Shown: piece by piece, positions 53,986-64,000 of the stretch
How positions within the stretch are numbered: the stretch's first letter is position 1
Layout of the letters: each line of letters opens with the position of its first letter
NCBI GenBank assembly: GCA_946965045.2
Contig: OX337236.1
Location: 1,550,001 to 1,614,000, forward strand
Reading direction: 5' to 3'
DNA length: 64,000 bases
From: Epithemia pelagica
Lineage: Eukaryota > Protista > Bacillariophyta
Position numbers and translations under genes: made by a program
The notes under the pieces: model-generated
The model's input: the letters and a program-made list of their open reading frames with translations, nothing else
Told to the model about the DNA's origin: nothing
Database searches by the model: none

Positions 53986-56900
53986 TCAGTGTAACATAGA
54001 TATTTCTTCAACCATAGCCACAACATCATCCACTAACAACTCCGGAGAAATGTCCTCTTCTCCTTCAGTATCAGCGGATGACGAGCGCATAGTAGTGTTT
54101 CCAGCGATGAGCATACTTTCATCGACCTCCCATCCCCCGTCGCGATTCATTTCGTACACAACCGCTTCCATTGTGTTTCGGTCGAGGTCCAGGAAGGACT
54201 CTATCAAATCCCCATCAACAAATCCATGTGCTGGGTGCTTCCTTCGTTCACCGTGGAATGCTCGAAAGTGCTGGTGACTCAAATCTCCAATGGGCCGGAT
54301 GACTTTGGCCATGGATCTCTCCAAGGTACTGAAGAATGCCGCAGTTCGACCGTCTAAACCAAGAACAACTCCAATACTTCCGTCGACCGTTCCGTACAAC
54401 GTTTGGCTTCCAGTCACAACAACAGGTCGTCGAACCGCACGAGCAGCTTTCGAAGGACTCTTGACTGGACTTTCGGCATTTCCGACTCGTCGCGCCTTTT
54501 GTTGACGCCGACTGGATCCCATTGATCCTCCACTATTGACCGAAACAGGCATAACGAGACTACCTCGCATGAATTTGTTGCACATTTCAGCCAAATGATA
54601 TTCACCGACAATGTCTAATCGTCCGCGTATTTCTTCGGATGACGCGTGCTTGTTTCGCCGAAGACAATACAAGTTGCACCAGTGTTCGGCGGCCAGGTAA
54701 ATGTCGTCGTTAATCATTTCAACAGCGGTGGTCCAGTTCGCGGTGTAGTCCCTCGCAATTTCTTCTAGTATCTCATGTTCCGGAAAATACTGAACAACGG
54801 AAACAGATCGCATCAAATCCCCCACAATGGCCAACATCTCTGCAGGGGCTGCTTTCTTTTCCTTCTTAGAGGAAGCTTCATTTCGCGTCTTGTTGCCATC
54901 AATGGATGTGTTCGTAGTAGACGTAGTCTCCCCTGTACTGGTCAACTGCGGAGGTCTGGCACCACTCTTGAGAAACATGCTAAGAATGTGTCCATGATGT
55001 CCCACACCAACAAACTGGAGATTGGTCAAACCCGCATCGTCGTGTAGGCGGCAGATCATAGTCTTGGAGTTCACTGCACAAAGGATTGTGCCGTTATAAA
55101 ACTGGCAAACACTGAAAACACCTCCATTCGTGGAGAGCTCAGTAACTTGGCGAACTGTTCGATTGCCACCACCAGCAGAGTTTTCGTCTGCTTCGCACGA
55201 AAAAAGAAGAATACGACCACGAGTTATCTCGCTTTCATCGGCGAAGCTGTACCCTGTCCCAATGACGAGAAATGGCTTATAAAGTGAAGCTGCTTGATTT
55301 TCGAGACTATCAGCACCGGCGGCTTCTCGGTCAGGAGTGGTCATTGTCACATAGGCCATGGAAAGAATAGTTTCAAAAGGGTCCAAATCGACTCTCTTGA
55401 TGTCATCAAAGTTGGTGTCGTCCATGAATCGAATGCAGTTTCCCATACTGCTGAGAGCTTCGGCGGTTCCCAAGTGTTTGATGCCACTTTCAATGCAGCC
55501 AACTGCAAACAATCGGCCATCTACACAATGGACAATTCTTCGGGGCGCCATACCGAGCCGACACGTGGTGACATGAAGTTTTTGAATATCATCAATCACA
55601 CCAAGACGGAGACTCGTCTCATCGGCAATACAGAGAGAATAGTGATGCGAGGTGGTTGTCGCAGATCCAGTGGCACCCACGGAATCAAACAACAAGGGAG
55701 AGTAGAATGGTGATGCCACATTGACCGCAATGCTTTGGTGTGCCGGTGGTCGACTAACACTTTCATCAATTTCATCGTCTTCACTGGCAGACAGATTCAC
55801 ACTGGAGTAGCACAGTTTGGGGTTAAAGTGTGCACTTGACGAATGGCCTCCTCCAATACCTGCCAAGTAAATGACTGTCGGTCGATCCCCTGTCGCCAGT
55901 ACACAACTGCCACCCCCGCGAGTACTCAACGGCACCAAATCAATGCGCTGCGTGCCCAAGCAAACCTCTTTCTTGGACCGCACCGAAACTTGACCACGAC
56001 GATCCATGAGAACGGCAAATGAAATCAAACTGCCATCTCCCAAGCCAACAAACAACATATCCACACCTGGACTAGATGCCGTCGTTGTGGCTTTTTGGTT
56101 TGCCCCTCCCGGGTTGTTGCTATTGCTCGACGAGAAATCCAGTGTAATGAGGCATAAACTGCGCGCCATCATGTTGTTGCGATTTCGTCGCCCCGGTGCC
56201 CCCGGTAACAACTCCGACTCGTCTGTATCGTCTTCCGCCTCCGGTTGTGAACTCAAAAAGATCTTTTGTGCTTCGTCCAATGCGTCATTTTTCAGATCCA
56301 ACAATCGCACCGTAAAGTCGTCCCACAGTCCTACAGCCAACCAGCGACTTGAGACAGGAGATGGCCTCTTCGAATCTACCTTGGTCGTTGTCGTGTCCAT
56401 TCCATCCACATCCATGGGAGTGTCGGTTGTGCTGCCTTGAGTCTTGTAGAAAGGATTCAGATTGAGACAACTCACTTCCCGTTCCATCTCTCGTTCTGCC
56501 ACCTTTCGAATGGTGCTGCCTTCTACTTGAAAGTACAAGAGATTTCCTCCGTGTTGTGCCAAGGCTATTTGACCAGTTTCGTTCGCGGCAGCTACGGTGA
56601 TGTGTCCATTCGACCAAGTGTCCAGGACTTGACCACCTTGATCAAACGGACCAATCAAGCGGATCTCAGTTTCCGTAATTTGCAATATTTGATCTTCCGG
56701 AAGGTTTCCAACATACAATGTGCTTGCATCGGACTCTAATCCTGGTAAGACCACTTCTTCTAATGAACCAAATTGTTCTTCCTCCTCCTCGTCTTCTCCT
56801 CCATCTTTGCGTCCTCTTCCTTCGGCATTGGTCATGGTTTTGTCACCATCTTCGTCTTCCTCGCCTTCTGCCGTGGAAAGCGTCACACCGAGCACTCGCG

Positions 56901-59372
56901 TTTGCCCGACAAAGGATTGTACCAGGTAGGTATCCTTTTCATCCTGGTACACTTGACGCAAGGACCACATGTTGGAAATACCGGGAATTTCGACACTGGC
57001 ATACTCATTCATACCAATACCGTTGCGAATCAACCGAAGAGATCCCATTTTGGATGTTCCACTGCAGGTAACCACCTGGGACTGTTGAATGGTGGTGGGT
57101 GTGGAGGAGGGTGCCGCAGCGGCTCGGCTCATGATGGATGATGGAGTTTGGCTCGCAGCATCTCCTAAGGGTGTCGTCGCAGCAGCAGCGGCCGCGGTCG
57201 GCGATGCTGTCGTTGTGGATGCATTAGTGGTGGGTGGTGCCGTGGGGACGAGATCAAAATCCAAAATGGGTCCCAAATTGGTATATTCTTCCAATACTTG
57301 TATGTAGGTGGTATCGGCCAAGAGGACATTCATATCGGTATCCAATGCCGCGGCGGCATTGAGGGCAGCCGCCGAAGCTGCATCGCCGCCTCCATCTTCT
57401 TCCATGGCAGCAGCCGCAGCCGCTTGCGTGCCTCGTCGTCCCGATGCCGTTGTAGTGGCCAAGACCGATTCGTGGACTGGAATGGGTTCATCGTGAATTT
57501 GAATCAATTGAGAATCGCCCAAATGACTGCCGGCATAGACCAATCCATGTCCCAAATAACACAAATCACGACATAAATTGCAACTTCCCAAAGTTTCCAA
57601 TTGGAGTCCCAAGACAAGGGAAGAGGCATTGTTGGTTGTATTTGTCAAGAGGAGGGTCAACATGTGTAAATTGCCAAATTCGTCACTGAGCAAATAACGA
57701 GGCATACCATTGTTGGGATCGGCCGGCAAGTCCGTAGAACTCAGGTAGAGGGCTTGGGGGACGGGGATTATTTTGGTGGTGGTGGAAGAACAATAGGTGA
57801 ATTGACGTTGTCCTATCACAATGACGCCTCCCGAAGTAGGCAACTGAGTCGAAGCAGTTGTGTTGTTGGTGGTCGTCATGCCATTGGAGGAGGTCCCTGT
57901 GGCAGGTGGAACGGCACTGGTGCTGGATGCCGCCGCAGCAGCAGCCGCGGCCGGCGACGGAGGAGGTGGAACCGACAAGAGCATGGCCGATCCTCCATCG
58001 ACGGCTGTTTTCCGAAGCCATTCGACGGCACCTTCATGAGCCAAGGCGGTGGTTTGCAACAGGTACAATTGACGTTTCTGCAAATTCAAGACATGGGTGG
58101 TAACATGTTGGACACCTCGTGCATCTTGATGTAACAAACAGACATGAGGCAAAATATTGGCGCCACCATTGGTCGGAAATTGCAAAAATTCCATGGCCAA
58201 AATGGTCCGTTCTTCCATGCGACAATGAAACAAGGGTCCCAAACACGATCGTGGCAGAGAGGAGGTTGACGAAGAATGGCGCACCACTGTGGAAGAATCC
58301 GTCTTGTAAGACTTTGCATCGTGTTGCTGTTGCGCGCCACGCAGGGGATTGTAGTTGCGATGAATGGGCAAAACGGCCAACAAACCGGTATGCAAATGCA
58401 TGACAATGCATCGTCCGAGAGGATCGACAAGGACGGAAGGACCGGCTTCGGCTTCCCGTCCCAAGACAGCCAAGGCATTGTCATTGACCCACGACGAAGA
58501 GGAGGAGGACGATGGACCTCCCGATGCTCCACCGCCGCCACTGGCCGATCCACCGGCACCTCCTCCTCCGCTGGCTGCACCAGCGGCTCCACTGACCGCT
58601 CCGGCCGCCCCACTCCCGGCACTGGCTGCACCGGCCAATCCACCCGCTCCTTGTGTCCAAAAGGAATCGGCAGTCACACTTCCTGAAGCATGTGTAACAA
58701 TGGGATAAATGCTTCCCCCCGCAGTGGTATTATTGTTCTCATTGTTGTTCGGGGAGGCCCCCAAGACTCCATATTGATGTTGATCCGTGAGAAAAAAGAC
58801 GAGCGAGGTGGGACTATGAAACAAGGAAAAGGGAACCATGTGGGTAATACGACCATACACGGGGACTTGAAATAAGAGAGGAAAGGGATTGGCCAAGTCC
58901 GCCACGGAAGAGTTGTCCGTGGAAGGTGCTCCACCTGCGGCATCTCCACCTGAAGAAGATGAAGAGGCTCGCAATTGTCGTACTTCCAACCGTCCTGCCT
59001 TGGCAATCAAGACATCCTACGGTTGTCCGTGAAAGATAAGCGAAAAAGAGACAAAGCGTCATGAAAACAACAAGAGTGGATTGAATAATGAGGATTGAAC
59101 CATGTCAAACAAACATTGAAACGATATAACATATGCGGAAGTGCGCTTGGTTATCATCTGACCTCTTACGAAGAAAGACAAACAACTCTGTGCAACAATT
59201 CCAATGTACGTACCACGGAGGAGGGTGACACAAAGTTACACTTGGCGGTAGACAAGACACATCCGGGAGGATGAGCCGTCACCACATAATGAGAAATTTC
59301 GGCTTCCAAGGTCGATTCTGGACCCGATGGACTCGTATTACTGGTCGCAGCATTGGAAGATCCAGCAGACAT
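53986..59372 (-). CDS. DDB1: DNA damage-binding protein 1, 2 exons
   Basis: Exon 1 HYVVTAHPP..CNFVS, intron 59017-59213, then DVLIAKAGRLEV. VPVYGRI, YTNLGPILDF, SGTSKMGSLRLIRNGIG, GDRPTVIY, IDDIQKLH, VGDLMRSV, YGTVDGSIG, GFVDGDLIESFLDL. Confidence 0.95.
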
Positions 59373-61598
59373 GCTGCCGTTCTTGATAAAGTGTCACGAA
59401 GTAGGCCTTGAGAGGAGTATGGGTGGTGTCGTATGCAACGCAGATCTTGAGATATAAGAAAAATGAATGCCAGTTTCGTCACCAATGGAATCAACCAACG
59501 CCAGTCCAGGAAAATGGATGATCTCTATTTGTCTTCAGTGATTGCGCAATGCGACTCGGTGAAGCCTTGATGTCCTTCTTGTTCTCGGTCGTTGTCGTCT
59601 TTTGTTTTGTCTTGTGTTCTTGTCAAAGACGATGATCTTCATCTATCTTCATTGTGGGCGGATGGAGATTCTGCGACCAAAAAACCGCCAGGAGGCGGCC
59701 CACTCAATCTCGATGAGGCTAGCTACCCAACCAACCATCACCCCACCACAACCATAGTCTAGCTACCTATAGAGGCACACCTTCCACCCGTTATCGTTAT
59801 CTCCCCCAACCCTATATTGTATAAACCTTACAATCCTCAGTCCTTAGTGCGTCCATTGCTTCAATGAAAGAATATTTATATCCCTCAGGCAGACGAAGCA
59901 ATTGTTTATAGGGAATACGCGTGTTGCGGGTTAAAGCGGATGATGGGGAGGGGCCGAAAGGCGGAATATCCACCAATCCATCCAATCAAGTGATAGACAG
60001 TAGTGAAGGAAACACCGAGGAAGAAGGCCGTCACGTACAAAAAAGACTGAATGGCCACATGTCGTGTATTTATGTTGCTACCTGACCTTGACTAACGTTC
60101 GGCCTGATAGTCTTCCCATTCAATTCTACCCGGCACGCATGGAGAAAGCTCGATTCCAAGTGTTCTTACGCTGAAGAAATGTTGGCTTAGGAGAGGTCAC
60201 AAAAAACGGCCCATCGTTCAAATCCGTTTGACCTCGACAATAAATGAGTAATAGAGACACGAAACAACTCAAGATGGACTGCTGTTCTCCCACGAAAAGT
60301 CCATGGACCCATGTGGAACAGGGAAGCGCAGTACAGGCAACCCTGTAGTGGTAATCCTCAAAGGATCAATCCTCAAAGGGAGCTCTGTCTATTAATGACC
60401 CCAAAGTGGGCAGTTTTGTCGGTGTGAGGAGAGGTAGTGTTCCTTAGGCCATTCTGAGTTCCGCGTCGTTGGACACTTCTTCACCCGCAACAAGTCTATT
60501 TCTGGACAACAAAAAACACCCCTAAAAGAAGAAGAAGAAGCAAGAATCCAAGAGGCCATTTTCCATGAGACAGCCATCCCTTCCACACAACCACATGGTT
60601 CGGCCGCACTCGGGAAACCACAGGCACAAACTGAACGAAAGGACTCTGACCCATGTTCCGATGTGTGATCCATCAATTTCCCTCTCCACAAGAAGAGGTA
60701 CCTAACTCGATTGTTGGACGGGAAACCACCAACATACCCATGTGCGAGAACCACAACACCAATGAGTCGAGAAATCGTTTTGATCTCTCATGTCGTGAGA
60801 AACGCCAAGAAACAGCCATCCCGTTTTGAGACTGACCCTTCCAGCATCCCCACACGAACAAGCCCCACAAGCATTCAGTTCCACAACAGCAGGTGGTGGA
60901 TGGTATTCCCACAATAAGTCTTTCAGACGGCACTTCCTATGTCAACCGGAAATCATCCTTGTCCCCCCCTTGGTAGAAGTTGTTCCATGTATAGGTGCGT
61001 GTGTCCAACGTCGTCGTCGTCGTTTGTCTCTCTATTAGTCTCCTGTATAGATATCGCACGTGCAAGCGTGCGTTGTCATGCACTGTTCCATATGAACCCA
61101 ATGCTCTGTATGTCTTTTGGGCATTCATCGACTGAGAAACAACACCAACACCAACGACCGACGACAACGACACACACACAACGCCATTATCACCTCTTCT
61201 ACAGACATGCGTCTCTCACCTTTGCATCCTCTATTCCAATCTAGACTCAGTCTATGAAATACCAGAGGTAATCATTGCAAGATTCATACGAGACAACAAC
61301 ACCCACCATCCATACCTCATGGTCGATGGTCGCATGATCATGATATATAGGCGGCGGTGAATGATGGTCGATATGTGGGGCAAACCGACAGAACATCTAT
61401 GAAATGACCCGGAGGTTAATTTTTCAGCGTGCCACATGGGCCTGCGTCAGTCGTCACACGCGGTATCTTTTTTTACGCCAACTCAAACCAAACAGTGTCA
61501 GTGATTAGACCCAGCCGTCGAGTCAATTCCATTGACGACGATAAACGATACCCTGACCACAACAATCGATTTCCATCCACCATCGGATAGAGTCAACC

Positions 61599-62306
61599 AT
61601 GATGGTGTCGGCAGTCAAGTTTCAAAGTTTGATGGTGTTTCTGGCACTTGATCGTGTGGCAGCTTGGTCCTCCTTACTTCCACAACAAACGAACACCCTT
61701 CCGGACCTGCAGCACATGAACAACAACAACCAGGGTCTGTCGCGTCGTAACGTGATGCAACAGATTGCATCGGCGGCCGTGTTGGTTGCAACGGTGCCCT
61801 CCTCTGCCGCCTGGGCCGAAGTTACGGAAGAAACACCTCGTGTGACGACACGCATGGGTGGACTGTTGGAGCCCTTTCAAGATGGTCCTCGGAGCATTCG
61901 CATGATGGCGCCGTCGGGTTGGAACAAATTTGATGGGGAAGTGGGTGCGTACGATCTGAAATGGCAAGATTTGGTCGACCCGACGGAAAATATCAAGGTC
62001 ACCAGTACTCCAGTCAAATCCACCACGGAATCGATTGCCGTCTTGGGGGACGTGAAGGAATTGGGCGCCAGCTTGGCTGCCAAACGCAATGCGCAATTGA
62101 TTGCGGCCCAAGAACGACAAACGGATGGCATTGTCTTTTACAAATTTGAATTTGCCCTCAATGATGGCACTCATCAACTCTTGCAACTCTGCGTGAGTCG
62201 AGGCAAGTTATGGAGCATGGACGCCAATGCCAAGGAAAAGCGATGGTCCAAACGGGCCGAACTATACGAAAATGTCCTGGGCAGCTTTATTCCCAAACTC
62301 GCGTAA
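61599..62306 (+). CDS. PsbP-family thylakoid-lumen protein
   Basis: Signal peptide, transit peptide, twin-Arg Tat signal (LSRRNVMQ..AAWA); PsbP domain DLKWQDLVDPTENIKV..LGDVKELG..FYKFEF..SRGKLWSM..EKRW. Confidence 0.9.
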   Translation: MMVSAVKFQSLMVFLALDRVAAWSSLLPQQTNTLPDLQHMNNNNQGLSRRNVMQQIASAAVLVATVPSSAAWAEVTEETPRVTTRMGGLLEPFQDGPRSIRMMAPSGWNKFDGEVGAYDLKWQDLVDPTENIKVTSTPVKSTTESIAVLGDVKELGASLAAKRNAQLIAAQERQTDGIVFYKFEFALNDGTHQLLQLCVSRGKLWSMDANAKEKRWSKRAELYENVLGSFIPKLA

Positions 62307-62624
62307 AACACCACCACCAACAACAACAACAAGTCTACAAACTCGGACGCAACGCAACCCAATCAAAGGCACCAACCGTAACTACCAGAATAATGCAATG
62401 GTTACCAAGACTCTATAGTTGTGTTTCCACAGTGGAATGGTGTAGTGTTGTCTAGTGTGTGCCGCCACCTCGCGCCACAGACCCGAATACACGGCAACAA
62501 GAACGGCTAGTTCCAATCGTGACAATATGTATGGAAGGACTCCTACCGCATTGGTTTGGACTCCGTCCCACACTCTGGGACCAGCAACAACTCGATCGAG
62601 ACTGACTGTTGTGTTGCTTCATGT

Positions 62625-64000
62625 TTAGACCGCCACAGCCTCCTCCTCTTCTTCTTCTTTTTTGGGGTGTTGTTGTTGTTGTGGGTGATGTTGCAACCAT
62701 TCTCGTTCCCATTCCTTGTGTTTGAAACGAACCATCCAGGAATGCAAATGCTTGTCTCGATCCCATTGATGTACGACTGGACTCAGAACCAGTGGTTCAT
62801 TGTTCTTGTTGTTGCTGTTGTTGTGAATGGGCCATTGAAAGACTTGATGCGTCTCGGGATTGTACAAGTTGCCCCATTCCTGGAGCTCCTTGGTCCGCAA
62901 GGCACCCAAATTGTTAATGTGACCTCGTCCTTGTTCCCACACCACAATGCGTTCAATGGCGGTGGCGTGCGTCAATTTTTGACTGTAATACAAATACTGC
63001 TCGACACACAGACAACCAGGCGCAACAAAACGAACGAGAGGACACAATCCACAACAGCAGCAATACAGGGATACAACAAAAGTGTGAGAGACCAACACAA
63101 CAGGACAGGAACACAAGCGTGGCCACAGAGTCGAGCCGCCTCGTGTCCACACTCGACAATCCGTATACATACGTACATTATGAAATCCTTGATCGGCCCC
63201 CATCATTTTGATGTGACATTCATCGTGTTCATTCACCATGGCCCGCAAATAACTTTCAATTGCCACTTGTTCTCCCATGGTGGATCCACTGCAAATCGTC
63301 GGCTTGTCCTTGAGGACTTGGATGGTGGCTTCGCCATAGGCCTTGCGAATCCATTGTTGATTCTTTTTGGAAATGCCCAATCGTGTTGCTTGCGCATTTT
63401 CGCCATACAAGTACAACAAGCCACTCGTCTTTGGTTGGTTGGGATTGGATCGAGGCAATTGGACAAAGGGATTGGTTTGAAAAAACGAGTCACGAGCATC
63501 CAAGAGCATGAGCCAGGATTGTGGTTCATATTGTAAGGACCAGATCCAATACCATTCGTAACGAAGCGTCGCCACGACACGTCCCGGACGGGGATCGGCA
63601 ACGGGTTCCACTCGATTGTCGTTGTCGTCCTTGTATTGCCATCCATAAAAGTGTGTCAGTCGACACATTTGAAAGGGATTGGTATCGCCCTGTTTGGTCA
63701 ATTGTCGATGATTGGTGCCATAATAGTCGGTATTGGACGGAGAGGGATTGTCGCAATCCAATTCTTGTTGATAGACAATCACATTGGGTTTGTCTGGATT
63801 GTGCACGGTAAAGGTTTGCAAATAGTCCACCACATGTGGACTGACAATGCGAGGTTCGGCAATGGCCAAGACCACATCGCCACGATATCCGGTACTCGTC
63901 AAGGTTTCCAAAAACATTTGATACCACGGCAATTTGTATCCTTCGGCATAGGCCAAAATGGCATCCGCATCGGGACGGTGTTGCCCGTACGTGGGTTTCA
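62625..64000 (-). CDS. Putative GT-A glycosyltransferase (diatom-expanded type), 5' end outside window
   Basis: FLETLTSTGYRGDVVL, LRYEWY, LLDARDSFFQTNPF, ICSGSTMG, DQGFHN|YLYY, VVHQWDR; probable in-frame GT-AG intron 62997-63176. Confidence 0.72.
   Translation of the reverse strand, partial: KPTYGQHRPDADAILAYAEGYKLPWYQMFLETLTSTGYRGDVVLAIAEPRIVSPHVVDYLQTFTVHNPDKPNVIVYQQELDCDNPSPSNTDYYGTNHRQLTKQGDTNPFQMCRLTHFYGWQYKDDNDNRVEPVADPRPGRVVATLRYEWYWIWSLQYEPQSWLMLLDARDSFFQTNPFVQLPRSNPNQPKTSGLLYLYGENAQATRLGISKKNQQWIRKAYGEATIQVLKDKPTICSGSTMGEQVAIESYLRAMVNEHDECHIKMMGADQGFHNVRMYTDCRVWTRGGSTLWPRLCSCPVVLVSHTFVVSLYCCCCGLCPLVRFVAPGCLCVEQYLYYSQKLTHATAIERIVVWEQGRGHINNLGALRTKELQEWGNLYNPETHQVFQWPIHNNSNNKNNEPLVLSPVVHQWDRDKHLHSWMVRFKHKEWEREWLQHHPQQQQHPKKEEEEEEAVAV

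Noticed and set aside
19481-59372. CUL3 and DDB1 as a ubiquitin-ligase gene cluster
   Set aside because: They are 32 kb apart and DDB1 partners CUL4, not CUL3; coincidental.
59400-61598. Short ORFs between DDB1 and the PsbP-like gene
   Set aside because: Several overlapping 60-120-aa frames with no motifs or consistent splice model; cannot support a gene call.

Overview
Eukaryotic nuclear DNA, very probably from a pennate diatom (inferred from compact genes, mostly short GT-AG introns, a delta-6 desaturase close to the Phaeodactylum enzyme, bipartite/Tat-targeted plastid proteins and a CBA1-like gene). Host genes: MYB factor, CBA1-like protein with an in-frame stop, arylsulfatase, fibrillin, GFA-domain protein, CCDC6-like protein, a membrane protein, CUL3, HSF, a PLD-domain protein, delta-6 desaturase, a PBDC1-2OG oxygenase fusion, SEC23, SNF5-like protein, PLAC8 protein, DDB1, PsbP-like protein and a putative glycosyltransferase. 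Three DNA transposons can be delimited by eye from terminal inverted repeats (TIRs) and target-site duplications (TSDs). (1) A 7,074-bp hAT element (11848-18921; 12-bp TIR, perfect 8-bp TSD CTAACGCC) has an intact transposase and a convergent ORF ending in an endonuclease III-type HhH-GPD DNA glycosylase domain with catalytic Lys and Asp. (2) A 10,854-bp IS630/Tc1/mariner-type element (32106-42959; 28-bp perfect TIR, TA TSD) has a 2.2-kb compound GAA minisatellite, a DD255E transposase, a tRNA-like A/B-box element, scrambled gene fragments and three cargo ORFs (SET domain, HMG-box-like, orphan). (3) A 606-bp MITE lies 6 bp from the end of element 2. Main hypothesis (inference, not demonstrated): two unrelated DNA-transposon superfamilies each carry a DNA- or chromatin-modifying enzyme, which may be transposon-encoded anti-silencing systems. 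All coordinates and motifs were read by hand; no database searches were run.
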